Shown: in pieces, positions 53,772 through 63,885 of the stretch
Layout of the letters: every line of letters starts with the position of its first letter
How positions within the stretch are numbered: position 1 is the first letter of the stretch
Source of the DNA: Pseudomonadota bacterium
GTDB lineage: Bacteria > Desulfobacterota > Desulfomonilia > Desulfomonilales > Desulfomonilaceae
DNA length: 64,000 bases
Direction: 5' to 3'
NCBI GenBank assembly: GCA_043806215.1
Contig: JAZDHD010000402.1
Location: 3,661 to 67,660, forward strand
Notes under the pieces: model-generated
The model's database searches: none
The model's input: only the letters and a program-made list of their open reading frames with translations
What the model was told of the DNA's origin: nothing
Program-made: the position numbers and the translations under genes

Positions 53772-54514
53772 GGTCGTTCTCCCTGTTTCTCATACCAATC
53801 TACGGACAACTGTACGGTAAACGTAGTGGACCGGCCCACTTCGCTTTGTACGGAAATAGTCCCGCCGAGTTTCTCCACAATCCCTCTGCAGAGAGCCAAG
53901 CCCAGACCTGCCCCCTTGCCTTCGCGCCGCGTCGAAAAGAACGGCGTGAAGATCTTGGACAGGTTCTCTTTGGGAATGCCGCAGCCCGCATCATGAACCG
54001 AGATTTCAATGGTCCCGCCTGCCGCCGCCTTTGTCCTAACCCAAATAACGCCGCCTTCCGCCGACGCCCGAATCGCGTTTACCATCAGGTTGAGCAATAC
54101 TTGCCGAAGCAGGGGTGAATCGCTGTCGATAGAGGGAAGATCATCTTGCAGGCTCAGGAGGATCTCCAGCCTTTTTTGGGCTGCCTCCGGCTCCAGAAGT
54201 CCCATCATTTCATCGATGAGGTCGTTCACGTCGACCTTTTGCACGACCGGTCCCGCCTGACGGGCCAGGCTGAGAAGTTTCTCCACGATTTCTCGACACC
54301 GTCGGACCTGCTCTGCTATTTCCCGCAGTGAATCGGCCATGTCTTCCCGTTCGGGAATGGTAGTGAAGGAAGAACTCCCCAATAGGTCTTTGAGAAGCTG
54401 GGTTTCCTGCGCGATAATGCCCAGGGGATTGTTGATTTCATGAGCGATGCCGGCGGAAAGTTCATCCACCGAAGAAAACAACCCGCCTGAGAATCGTGTA
54501 TCATCCGATGACAT
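53768..54514 (-). CDS. Histidine kinase core (DHp plus ATPase) without recognizable sensor domain
   Basis: H-box SAGIAHEINNPLG begins about 20 aa from the N-terminus. G-box GAGLGLALCRGIV. ATGA overlap with the regulator gene. Confidence 0.85.
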   Translation of the reverse strand: MSSDDTRFSGGLFSSVDELSAGIAHEINNPLGIIAQETQLLKDLLGSSSFTTIPEREDMADSLREIAEQVRRCREIVEKLLSLARQAGPVVQKVDVNDLIDEMMGLLEPEAAQKRLEILLSLQDDLPSIDSDSPLLRQVLLNLMVNAIRASAEGGVIWVRTKAAAGGTIEISVHDAGCGIPKENLSKIFTPFFSTRREGKGAGLGLALCRGIVEKLGGTISVQSEVGRSTTFTVQLSVDWYEKQGERP

Positions 54515-55140
54515 TTCTTGATTCCCGCTCCGGGAATCCTCCCCGGGGAGATTGAGACCGGAAAAAAACGGGCACGGAGGGCCGGGCTGCGGAAGAACTC
54601 ACCGACATCCCACCTGCCTCTGTTGGACGGGCGTCCCGTCTCTTCCGGATCTCATGCAGCTGCAAGCCTTCCCAATTTCCGGGCACGGAGGCCCGGGCTA
54701 CGAAAGACAGAGACCAAGCCCGTCGTACATAGTGGGACTCCCGCGTTCTGCGCGGGATGCCCGTCATCTTCCGGGGCTCAGGTTGTGCGACCGCATTTAT
54801 GCCCTAGAACCCATAGTGACCGTCCCGAAATAGACGTTGCACATGGGCGGGAGTGCCGCCTCGTAGGGGCTCGGCGTGCCGCGCCCGCAGAACGAAAAGG
54901 TTCCGCGAGATCGAACCGTTTATTCTGAGACGAACCCTAAGTGCTCCGTGGCAGTGTCACATTTGTGGCGATTATCCCTGCTTTGGTAGCGCCGGCCTCC
55001 GTGCCGGATTGGTAGGGGTAGGCCCCTGTGCCGACCCATGGGCACCCACAGGGGGGTGCCCCTACAAACACGCCCGGCAGGGACGCCGGGACGCTACCGA
55101 GCGTTTACGGAATCCGTGACCGTATTTATGCCCTAGAACC
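54515..55140. repeat. Mosaic GC-rich repeat block (about 625 bp) containing the second about 210-bp MITE-like copy (54937-55145)
   Basis: Shares the CGGGCACGGAGG(G)CCGGGCT(G/A)CGGAAGAACTCACCGACAT, GGGACTCCCGCGTTCTGCGCGGGATGCCCGTC and CCCACAGGGGGGTGCCCCTACA modules with 44500-45605. Confidence 0.88.
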
Positions 55141-55533
55141 CTAAGCGATACGTTCCTGCTCGATGGTCTTTCTCTCATATGCCAAAGAGATCTGCTTGAT
55201 CAGTTCCTCGATCTTTGCCGGCTTCATGATGTAGTTGTATGCGCCGAGCTGCAATCCCTTGATTCCCGAATCCACCGATCCGTGGCCGGTAAGCATGATG
55301 ACCTCCAGCAACGGATGTCTCTTCTTGAGTTCTCTGAGCGTTTCTATTCCATCCATGCGAGGCATCCGGACGTCGAGAATCACCACGTCGAATTCCTGTT
55401 TTTCCGCGAGTTCCAGCGCCTGCATACCGCCGGTGGCGCCGACCGCGTGAAGCCCCCTGCCTCCAAGGCGCTTGACAATCGACTCGACGAATTCTTCTTC
55501 GTCGTCCACAATGAGTACTCTGATGCTCTCCAT
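55141..55533 (-). CDS. Single-domain response regulator
   Basis: VLIVDDEEEF...ILDVRMPRMDG...AYNYIMKP. Confidence 0.88.
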   Translation of the reverse strand: MESIRVLIVDDEEEFVESIVKRLGGRGLHAVGATGGMQALELAEKQEFDVVILDVRMPRMDGIETLRELKKRHPLLEVIMLTGHGSVDSGIKGLQLGAYNYIMKPAKIEELIKQISLAYERKTIEQERIA

Positions 55534-55701
55534 TCGCCTGCCTCCTACTTGCCTCGGCGTGGGATTGTCGTGTTTGATGCTCGTGCTCCACGGCGGATGT
55601 ACCGTAACGTGTCGGACGAAGCCCGCCCTGTCTTGCCAATAAGCGCGGACTCAACCTGCGAATTGTCGGAGATTGCGCCGGCGCATTTATGTCGCGGACT
55701 A

Positions 55702-57378
55702 CTACACATCCGTGACCGTACCGAGCGGAAGGCTGATGGTAAACGTGGTGCCCCGCCCGGGCTCGCTGTCAACGGTTATCCGCCCTCCAAGCTTCACCAT
55801 AATGCTGTGGCTGATTGAAAGTCCCAGCCCCGTCCCTTGGTTCACCGCCTTGGTTGTGAAAAGCGGATCGAAAATCTTCTTCAGCACGTCCTTGGGAATC
55901 CCCGGACCGTTGTCCGAAATCTCCACTACCGCGGCTTTTCCGTCGACGCCGGTCTTTACGAACGTCCGCATCGTGATCTTGCCGCCGTTGCCCACTGCGT
56001 CGATGGCGTTGTCGATGATGTTCAACAACACCTGCTGCAATTGCGACGCGTCGGTGGTCACCGTAGGAAGATCCTCGTCATACGAGGTCGAAATCTCGAT
56101 GTCCCTGTGATAGGCCTCGTTCTCAAGAAACGTCAAAGTCTCCCGAAGGATGTGATTGATATCCGTCACCTCGAAGGTTGGATCCATCCTGCGGCCGAAC
56201 CGCAGCATCCGGTGGGTGATGTGCCGACACCGTTCAACTTGCCGCTCGATCTTCTTGACGCAGTCGTCGAACTCCTCGAAATTCGGACTTGCCTTCACGT
56301 CCTCCTGGGCCAGCAAATCACACATCCAACCGGCCTTTTCACTTATGACTTGAAGCGGATTGTTTATCTCGTGGGCAACGCCTGCGGCCATCTTTCCCAA
56401 CGCGGCCATCTTGCTCGATTGCATGAGCACTTCCTCGCCTGCCGCCTTTTCCCGTTGCACGCGGATCAGCTCGTTGGTCATCGAGCGGGTGGTCAATACG
56501 GTGCCGGTCACCACAATCAGCACTCCCGCCAGGATTACCAACGCCGAGTAGTACCGGGCAGCAAAGATCGGTGCGAGAACTTCCCCGGGATCCTCCTCGA
56601 TCACGAGAACCCACTTTGGGTCCACCATGGGACTTACGGCAAAGACCAGTTCCTTTCCCTGGTATTCGCTTCGTTCGACACCAGTGGCAACCGTGTCCGA
56701 GAAATCCGGTCCCTTGGGCCTCCCCAGGACCTCTCCGCCAAACCGTGAAGTAGTCTGCAATACGTTGCTTTTGTTGATGAGGTAGGCGTCTCCCCGCTTG
56801 CCCGACTGCCCTTGTCTTACGATGTGCTCGATAATGTCCGAATTTATGGTCGCCCGCAGTATCCAGGTCCGGTTCCGTTGAGTTGCGGTGACGGCGATAA
56901 TGAAATGAGGCACCTTGCGGTGTCCCATGAAGACGTCGCTGATGTAGGTGCCCGACGACATCACGGCATGAAACCATGGGGTATCTGCGTAATTCACCGA
57001 CTTCAGCTGCTCGTAGTATGGGCCGACGTACGCCACGTGGTTTCCCTTGTCGTCAATGATGCCGATGTCGATGAAGGATTTGGACCGGGATTGCATGAGC
57101 GCGAACACACCGGACAGGTAGGCTTCGTCCCTGAGGTGGCCGAGGGACTCGGAATGAGTAAGCGTAATGAGTTGGGCAATGCGCTCGCGGAAGAACAGCT
57201 CGAGGGAATCCCGCCGATTTTCCACAAGCGTTCTTGCGGCTTCCTCTATTCTGTTCCAATAGGCTTCCGAGAATTGGTAGTATACGGTCGTGCCTACCCC
57301 GATTAGCGGCAATAGTGCGAAGCATAAGGTCGTAACAATCATGCGCATTCTGAGGAGATGGAAGTCTCTCGCGTCCAT
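55702..57378 (-). CDS. Membrane sensor histidine kinase with periplasmic Cache-like domain
   Basis: Trimmed to the ATG at 57378 (AAGGAG 7 nt upstream). Two TM segments flank an extracytoplasmic region of about 250 aa. H-box AAGVAHEINNPLQ and G-box GTGLGLSISHSIM. Confidence 0.85.
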   Translation of the reverse strand: MDARDFHLLRMRMIVTTLCFALLPLIGVGTTVYYQFSEAYWNRIEEAARTLVENRRDSLELFFRERIAQLITLTHSESLGHLRDEAYLSGVFALMQSRSKSFIDIGIIDDKGNHVAYVGPYYEQLKSVNYADTPWFHAVMSSGTYISDVFMGHRKVPHFIIAVTATQRNRTWILRATINSDIIEHIVRQGQSGKRGDAYLINKSNVLQTTSRFGGEVLGRPKGPDFSDTVATGVERSEYQGKELVFAVSPMVDPKWVLVIEEDPGEVLAPIFAARYYSALVILAGVLIVVTGTVLTTRSMTNELIRVQREKAAGEEVLMQSSKMAALGKMAAGVAHEINNPLQVISEKAGWMCDLLAQEDVKASPNFEEFDDCVKKIERQVERCRHITHRMLRFGRRMDPTFEVTDINHILRETLTFLENEAYHRDIEISTSYDEDLPTVTTDASQLQQVLLNIIDNAIDAVGNGGKITMRTFVKTGVDGKAAVVEISDNGPGIPKDVLKKIFDPLFTTKAVNQGTGLGLSISHSIMVKLGGRITVDSEPGRGTTFTISLPLGTVTDV

Positions 57379-57463
57379 CCTGCAGCTCCTTGCGGCCCTT
57401 GGCGGGGCATAGTTCGGAGGGTTCATGGTGAACCGGGATCACCCCGGGGCGCATTATCGGGTT

Positions 57464-57479
57464 TGCAATCATTGTGCCA
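57464..57479 (-). promoter_or_regulatory. Sigma-54 promoter TGGCAC-AATGA-TTGCA (minus strand) upstream of the Cache kinase / regulator operon
   Basis: Reverse complement of TGCAATCATTGTGCCA; a perfect consensus match. Confidence 0.65.
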
Positions 57480-57754
57480 CGCATTCCACCGCGAGACGGC
57501 CCCCGGACCGAAGGCCCGCGGTTGTTGCGGTTGCAGCCGGAAGGCTTCTCGCAGGCAGGCCCGGTTCCGCGGTACTGTCGGATAATTTTACACTCTGACA
57601 AGGCTCTTCAGATTCCTGTAGTGAAGGTCCGGCGAAAAAGGGTCATACGGTCCGGCAGGCCGGTTTTCGCTTGAAAAGCAAACCGTGAGGCTGTACTCCT
57701 TATACAAAGTCTCAAACCATCGAGAGAAGCCCGTTCCCGAGAGGATCTTGTCTC

Positions 57755-59650
57755 ATGACCGTTCACCGTGCCACAGTCCCGCAACCGGTCCGCCGGACCT
57801 GGTGTTGCCTCAAGCCCGTTGATTACCTCAACGAACCTGATTACGGCCTCCCGCCCTTAGAGATCTCCGAACGTATGCGCAGGAGGATCCTTTTCAAGTT
57901 GGAGGTCTTGTACGGGCTGCAGAGGGCCCGGCCGGTCATAACGGAACTCGAACGCCTGATGAAAGTCTTCTATGCCCACAAACCTGATGAACTGAGGGAA
58001 TGGGACAAGGGGTTTGTTCCGGAAGAACGTTTCACCGAGAAAGACGTGATTCTCATAACCTATGGCGATCTCATAGAAGATGCGCACAAGCCTCCCCTGA
58101 AGACGCTCGCGTCCTTGGCCGAACGTTTTCTGAAAGGAACGATTAACACCGTTCACCTTCTGCCGTTCTTTCCCTATTCTTCGGACCGGGGATTCTCGGT
58201 GATGGACTTCGAGAGCGTGGATCCCAAGCTGGGAATCTGGGAGGACATAGCGGAGTTGAACAAGGAGTTCCGGCTCATGTTTGACGGCGTTATCAACCAT
58301 GTGTCCGCCAAGAGCCGTTGGTTCCAGGAATTTCTGAACGGAAACCCGGACTTTTCGGACTTCTTCATCAAGTTCTCGACAAAGGAGGCTATTCCCGACC
58401 ATTTGTTGCAGTTGATCCTCAGGCCCCGGACATCCCAGTTGTTGACTCCATACCCGGCCATTGACGGAGAGAAATATGTGTGGACAACCTTTAGCCCGGA
58501 TCAAATCGACCTCAACTATCATTCCGAGAAGGTTCTCCTCAAAATGATCGAAATACTCCTTTTCTACGTCAGGAAGGGAGCCGACATCATACGAATGGAC
58601 GCCATCTCCTATCTGTGGGAGGAAGTGGGCACCCCCTGTGTCCACTTGTCTCAGACTCACACGATAGTCCAGCTCTTCCGCGACATATTGGACTGCGTTG
58701 CTCCACACGCGGCACTGATCACCGAGACGAACGTGCCCCACAACGAGAATATCGAGTATTTCGGGAACGGAAGAAACGAAGCTCAGATGGTGTACAATTT
58801 CGCTCTTCCGCCGTTGGTCCTGCACACCTTCTACGTTCAGGATTCGTCCATCCTCACGGCCTGGGCCGATACGCTTGAAAAGGTCTCCGACACCGCCACC
58901 TTCTTGAATTTCCTCGACTCGCACGACGGTATCGGAGTTCTCCCCGCGCAGGACCTGCTCCCTGCCGAAGCCATTGACGGAATGTGCCGGCAGATCAAGG
59001 AACATGGCGGCTTCATCTCGTATAGAAACGACGGTGAAGGCGGTGAGAAACCCTATGAACTCAACTCGACGTGGTTCAGCGCACTCAACGATCCCAATTC
59101 ACCGGAAAGCCCAACGCTCCAAGTGGACAGGTTCATGGCTTCGCGGTCCATAGCCCTTGCCCTGAGAGGCGTACCGGCGATATATCTTCACGGAATGCTG
59201 GGTTCGCACAATGATGCCCAAAGCGTTCTCATTACCAGGTCTCTCAGGTCCATAAACCGTCACAACATTAACGAGGAGCAACTTCTGAAAGAACTCGAGG
59301 ATCCTGAAAGTCACGTACATCGGATCTCCCGGCGTATGGTGAAGATGATTCGCGCCCGTATTGGGTACAGGGCCTTCCATCCAAACGGCGGTCAAAGAGT
59401 TCTGAGGGTCTCCGAGCGGGTGTTTGCACTGCTTCGTGTCTCCCCGGACGGCAACGAAAAGGTGGTCTGTTTGACCAATGTGACGGATCGGGATCTCCGG
59501 CTGTCGGTAAGCGCTCAAACGCTTGAAGAGTCGGCCGCCTCCTGGAAGGACGTTATTTCTCGCAGGACCTTTGCCACGGAATCCGGGGACCTGAAGCTGA
59601 CCATGAAGCCCTATGAGGTTCTGTGGCTTACCCCCATTGAAGGAATGTGA
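57755..59650 (+). CDS. GH13 sugar phosphorylase (sucrose phosphorylase / glucosylglycerate phosphorylase YcjM-like)
   Basis: DVILITYGD, VHLLPFFPYSSDRGFSVMDF and FDGVINHVS parallel E. coli YcjM as I remember it. Confidence 0.75.
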   Translation: MTVHRATVPQPVRRTWCCLKPVDYLNEPDYGLPPLEISERMRRRILFKLEVLYGLQRARPVITELERLMKVFYAHKPDELREWDKGFVPEERFTEKDVILITYGDLIEDAHKPPLKTLASLAERFLKGTINTVHLLPFFPYSSDRGFSVMDFESVDPKLGIWEDIAELNKEFRLMFDGVINHVSAKSRWFQEFLNGNPDFSDFFIKFSTKEAIPDHLLQLILRPRTSQLLTPYPAIDGEKYVWTTFSPDQIDLNYHSEKVLLKMIEILLFYVRKGADIIRMDAISYLWEEVGTPCVHLSQTHTIVQLFRDILDCVAPHAALITETNVPHNENIEYFGNGRNEAQMVYNFALPPLVLHTFYVQDSSILTAWADTLEKVSDTATFLNFLDSHDGIGVLPAQDLLPAEAIDGMCRQIKEHGGFISYRNDGEGGEKPYELNSTWFSALNDPNSPESPTLQVDRFMASRSIALALRGVPAIYLHGMLGSHNDAQSVLITRSLRSINRHNINEEQLLKELEDPESHVHRISRRMVKMIRARIGYRAFHPNGGQRVLRVSERVFALLRVSPDGNEKVVCLTNVTDRDLRLSVSAQTLEESAASWKDVISRRTFATESGDLKLTMKPYEVLWLTPIEGM

Positions 59651-59865
59651 GGCTGGTCCGACGGCGCCCGGCGCTCCAGACGTGATGACGATGGGGAACG
59701 AAGACGGGAGATGGAAGAGTGCTCGGAGCACGAGCAGGCGACCTCATCGGGTCGGAGCACGAAGACCGGCTCATCGAGACAACCGATTTTCCCCTCTTTC
59801 ACATCTCCACGAGCGCCCGGCACACTCATGACGCGCAATAGGGGCGGTGCTTTCAGCCGAGGGGC

Positions 59866-60600
59866 CTACCGGCCGCCCTGGAGGCTCGAAGCCTTTGCAG
59901 CGGTCTTGGGGAGCTGAATGAGGTAACGCACACGAAGGGTTTCCTCCAAAGGATCCGTGGTCTCGATCTTTGCAACGCCGATGCAATATCGGCGTTCGGT
60001 GTTCTTGACCGGTATCGACATCTCGAAACGAACCGAATCACCCGGTGGGACGACGACATCCCGAGGGGTCAAGCGGATGCCGTCCGGTTTACCGTTCTCC
60101 GGAGATTTCAACGTTATCGGCTCTGTCCAGTGATTCGTTGCCGTCAGCCGAAGCGTCGCCCTTTCCTTCATTTCCTTCAGTGCCACGGCGACCGACTGCG
60201 GCTGGATGCTTATGTGGCGAATGACGGTATAAACCAACTTGAGCCGCACCTCCGGACGCCCTGGATCGTTGGATTTCACCGTGATCGTGTTGCCGTGCCG
60301 GCCGGGCGGCAATCCGTCGGTGTGGATTTGTGCGGTGACCGTGCTCGATGAACCCGGACCGACCTCACGGTCGCCTCGAATCCCCTTTGTGCACCCACAG
60401 TCGGAATCAAGCCGTTTGATTATGAGCTTTTGATCGCCGCTGTTCGTGAATTTCAGTTCGATTGTCGGCGAAGTCCCGTGATTGACTTCTCCGAAGTCGT
60501 GCATCTCCGATTCGAAGCTGATTTTGGGGCCGGCTCCCCCCAGGGCAACGCCGGTACACATGATCAAGTTCAACAGGACAACAAGTATTCTCTTCACCAT
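59866..60600 (-). CDS. DUF1573 domain-containing secreted protein
   Basis: Signal peptide MVKRILVVLLNLIMCTGVALG; motif HDFGEV...LKFTNSGDQKLII...DCGCT. Confidence 0.75.
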   Translation of the reverse strand: MVKRILVVLLNLIMCTGVALGGAGPKISFESEMHDFGEVNHGTSPTIELKFTNSGDQKLIIKRLDSDCGCTKGIRGDREVGPGSSSTVTAQIHTDGLPPGRHGNTITVKSNDPGRPEVRLKLVYTVIRHISIQPQSVAVALKEMKERATLRLTATNHWTEPITLKSPENGKPDGIRLTPRDVVVPPGDSVRFEMSIPVKNTERRYCIGVAKIETTDPLEETLRVRYLIQLPKTAAKASSLQGGR

Positions 60601-60750
60601 GGCATCCTTTTCCTTTCGTATACGGTGGGAAACGCAGTCTCGGTTGACAGTGGGCCGTACGCTGCCGTAATCTCTAACCGATCACCAAAACCGGGTCAAA
60701 CGGTACGTTTTGGCCATACCAATCGACAATTTCGAACGCTCAGGAAAACA

Positions 60751-61647
60751 ATGGAACTCCGACAACTCAAAACCTTCCGGACCGTAGCCACACTGCTCAG
60801 TTTCAATCGGGCCGCGGACATCCTCAACTATGCCCAGTCAACGGTATCCGCCCAGATCCGCGGCCTCGAGGATGATCTCGGGGTGCGTCTATTCGACCGA
60901 TTGGGCAAACGTATCGTATTGACCGAAGCGGGCGAGCTGCTGGCGCAATACGCACAGAAGATGCTGGACATTGAAGCGGAAACTCTCGCGGAAGTGAGGA
61001 ACAGGAAGCAGCCCCACGGTTCGTTGACCATCAGGATGCCCCAGACGGTGGGCATGTACTATCTGCCCACCATACTGAGCCGATTTCAGAGACAATTCCC
61101 CAGGGTTGGGTTTCACTTCCACCAGTGCGCGTTCCACAACCTCGAACATGAACTTCAGACGGGCACCACTGATTTGGGATTTCTCCTCGCGGAATCCATC
61201 ACCTCGCCCAACCTGGTTGCCGAACCGCTCCGTTTCGAACCTCTCGTCTTGGCGGCCAACCCGGACAATGTCTTGGCCGGAAGACCGCACATTTCACTCC
61301 ATGATCTGGAGGATCAACCGCTCTTTCTTGCACTTGCGGACTGCGGCTATCGGATGATGTTCGAACGCGTCCTTGCGGAAAACAGGGTCGAGCCGCAGAC
61401 AATCCTGGAATTCAGCAGTATCGAGTGCATGAAGGAATCGGTAAAGGCCGGACGGGGGGTGACCATCCTTCCGGAGATAGCGGTCCGTGGGGAGATCGAA
61501 CAGGGCACACTTGTGCAACTCCCCTTGATGGACGAGCCCTTGGAAAGTGCGGTCCTCATGATATGGCACAAAGACAAGTGGATGTCCCCGACGCTCCGGG
61601 CCTTCATGGACGAGGCCCGTGCAGTGATGGGCGCGGGGATTCGTTGA
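60751..61647 (+). CDS. LysR family transcriptional regulator
   Basis: ORF trimmed to the ATG at 60751. HTH region is LRQLKTFRTVATLLSFNRAADILNYAQSTVSAQIRGLEDDLGVRLFDR. Confidence 0.9.
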   Translation: MELRQLKTFRTVATLLSFNRAADILNYAQSTVSAQIRGLEDDLGVRLFDRLGKRIVLTEAGELLAQYAQKMLDIEAETLAEVRNRKQPHGSLTIRMPQTVGMYYLPTILSRFQRQFPRVGFHFHQCAFHNLEHELQTGTTDLGFLLAESITSPNLVAEPLRFEPLVLAANPDNVLAGRPHISLHDLEDQPLFLALADCGYRMMFERVLAENRVEPQTILEFSSIECMKESVKAGRGVTILPEIAVRGEIEQGTLVQLPLMDEPLESAVLMIWHKDKWMSPTLRAFMDEARAVMGAGIR

Positions 61648-61739
61648 GCTTCCGGTCCCGGTTTTTTGGTGTAAGTCCGAATCGGTATCACTTGACAGGA
61701 GAACCATCCGACGTTAGCATTGTCACACCATCCAGAGAC

Positions 61740-61825
61740 GGAGGGATGGCCGAGCGGTTTAAGGCGGCGGTCTTGAAAACCGTTGATCGAAAGATCCGGG
61801 GGTTCGAATCCCTCTCCCTCCGCCA
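61740..61825 (+). tRNA. tRNA-Ser (anticodon UGA), CCA encoded
   Basis: Hand-folded. Acceptor GGAGGGA/TCCCTCC, anticodon loop CTTGAAA, long variable arm TGATCGAAAGATCC, T-arm GGGGG-TTCGAAT-CCCTC, discriminator G, then CCA. Confidence 0.9.
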
Positions 61826-61869
61826 TAGAATCAGCGATTTCCCGTTCATAATTCGGTGAAGCGAGCGCA

Positions 61870-62094
61870 TCAGGCAACAGGCGGAACCGCTCCGAAGCAC
61901 GGGAAATTACGGCCCTTCCGGTTTGGCGTCAATGTCGGCCGTCCCTGAGAAAACATGAGAAGACTGGGCATAAATACCCATATTTCAAGCCTGACCTCTC
62001 TCTCGCTCAAACGCTGCATGAGAGCCCTGTGCTTCTGGAGTGTCTGTTCGTTTAGACCTAACCGCCGAGCCAGGTCGGGCACTGTTAAGATCAT
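61870..62094 (-). pseudogene. Possible remnant of a small HTH (excisionase/AlpA-like) gene next to the tRNA
   Basis: The N-terminal MILTVPDLARRLGLNEQTLQKH looks like an HTH. The rest of the 74-aa ORF has no recognisable fold signature and ends 45 nt from the tRNA. Confidence 0.25.
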
Positions 62095-62101
62095 TACGGT
62101 T

Positions 62102-62884
62102 TCAGTCTTTGCCCGCTTCTCCCAGCTTATAGCCGTGCCTGATCCAAGCCTCCTTCATTTCCGGGTTTATATTGAGATAGGCGTCAACCAGATCTTTGGG
62201 GACTTTATTGAGGGGACAGGAGAAGTTTACGCATCTCGGACAATTATTTGCCCGCAACACAGCTAGGAATTGGATTCCGCATACAGTTACTGCAAAACAC
62301 ATCCCGATCATTCCGAGCAGGGCCGCGAGTCCAAAAGCCTGATAATTTGTCGCTATGTAGTAAATTCCGTAGCCTGTCCATCCTATCGGCCAAACGAGGG
62401 CCGGAATAATGAAAAGAAGGTAAACCACAACGAATTGCTCTACCCTGTTCAACGGCCTGGGATCATATTTCCACCACTTAGGCATCCACCTCAAGGCCCA
62501 GCAGGTAAGAGTCTTTTTATCGTCGGTGAAGAATGGGCAATGCCTGCAGAGAACGAACGATTCAAGCCCGAGCGGCCAGATAATTACAATCCAAGCCCAT
62601 ATGGCCATGCTCCACCAATTGCCTGTAATGACCCCTAGAATGATAAACGCGCACATCATTATGAGGACCTGAGGTGTTTGGATAAGGCCCATTATGAAAT
62701 TATATTCTTTGGGATCCCATCTGCAGGCAAGAGGGCCGTGCAGCCTACAGTCCCTTTCGGCACAATTCGACTCAGGCAGCCACGTACATGCCACAGGCGA
62801 AGCCTTACCTTCTCTTTTGCTTTCATGATCCGGTGTGGCAGCGCTTTTCGAACGCTGACGAGCTGTTTCTCCGTATTCAGTCAC
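62102..62884 (-). CDS. Polytopic membrane protein with conserved-looking Cys motifs, unknown function
   Basis: 260 aa, 5 to 6 hydrophobic helices. Cys motifs CRLHGPLAC, LCRHCPFF and NNCPRCVNFSCP. The DNA is AT-richer. Confidence 0.55.
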   Translation of the reverse strand: MTEYGETARQRSKSAATPDHESKREGKASPVACTWLPESNCAERDCRLHGPLACRWDPKEYNFIMGLIQTPQVLIMMCAFIILGVITGNWWSMAIWAWIVIIWPLGLESFVLCRHCPFFTDDKKTLTCWALRWMPKWWKYDPRPLNRVEQFVVVYLLFIIPALVWPIGWTGYGIYYIATNYQAFGLAALLGMIGMCFAVTVCGIQFLAVLRANNCPRCVNFSCPLNKVPKDLVDAYLNINPEMKEAWIRHGYKLGEAGKD

Positions 62885-63254
62885 GTTTCCCTCCTACTAT
62901 TTCGCTAACGCACAATTCTCCCCTTTCCTGCCGTATTGGAGATATCTGACGGGGACTTGGGGCTTGGCACCGTGCCTCTGAGGGACAGGAAGCCTCAGCA
63001 TGGCCCTCCCGCAGGCAATTATGCGGCGGTCTTGCCGTTCTGCCAGTTCTGGAACGCGTGAGAGGTTCAGAGATCCGTCAGTGTGCGGAGTGTGCCACGG
63101 TACCAGCAAGAGACAAAACCGTCGTCATCTTTATGAAGAAGCCTTCTTTATCCAGCCCCTGATCGTATATCACCTTCCGTGGCTGCGTCAACAGTTTTTC
63201 CAGCGCGCTCGCCACCCGAACACCACACGGTAATATGGAGCCAGTAACCGGCTA

Positions 63255-63885
63255 AGTTAAGTGACCCCCGGCAAAGCCGGGGGCATACTCCTGTTAGCCC
63301 CTCAAAGGGGCCTGTTCATGAGCCCCCTGAAGGGGGCTTCTCCGCATGGAACATGTTGAGCTGTTCGAGGCGTCGGTCTTCCGCCTCCTGGTCCCGAATG
63401 TACTTTCTGACCGACTCTTCGTCCAATCCCACGGTGGAGACGTAATATCCGCGTGCCCAGAAGCTTTCCCCCGTGAAATTCCGCTTCTTCGCCGTGAAGT
63501 TCCTTGCGATTGAGATTGCGCTCTTGCCCTTGATGTAACCGATCACACTCGATACTGCGAACTTTGGTGGAATACTGACGCACATGTGGACATGATCCGA
63601 GCACAGATGACCCTCCACGATCTTTGACTCCTTCTGACGAGCCAACTCATGAAAAATCTCCCCAAGGTGCTTTCTGATGACCCCATAAATCTGTTTCCTG
63701 CGCCGCTTGGGGATGAAAACCACATGGTACTTGCAATCCCATTTGGTGTGGTTTAGGCTTTGATAGTCCTTCATCATAACCTCCCAGAACTCAAACTTGG
63801 TGTATTCTGGGAGGTTTCCCACTACTGCCTCACACGGTCAAACCTTGGCGAGTCACCCCGGCAAAGCCGGGGGCTTACCGATTTG
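63255..63885 (-). mobile_element. IS200/IS605-family insertion sequence (tnpA only)
   Basis: The Y1 transposase gene is flanked by near-identical subterminal hairpins: CCCCCGGCAAAGCCGGGGG (63265-63283) and CCCCGGCAAAGCCGGGG (63856-63873). Confidence 0.8.
63316..63777 (-). CDS. tnpA: IS200/IS605 family Y1 transposase
   Basis: Motifs HTKWDCKYHVVFIPKRRRK, SDHVHMCVSIPPK and ESFWARGYYVSTVG (HUH and catalytic Tyr). Trimmed to the ATG at 63777. Confidence 0.9.
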   Translation of the reverse strand: MMKDYQSLNHTKWDCKYHVVFIPKRRRKQIYGVIRKHLGEIFHELARQKESKIVEGHLCSDHVHMCVSIPPKFAVSSVIGYIKGKSAISIARNFTAKKRNFTGESFWARGYYVSTVGLDEESVRKYIRDQEAEDRRLEQLNMFHAEKPPSGGS

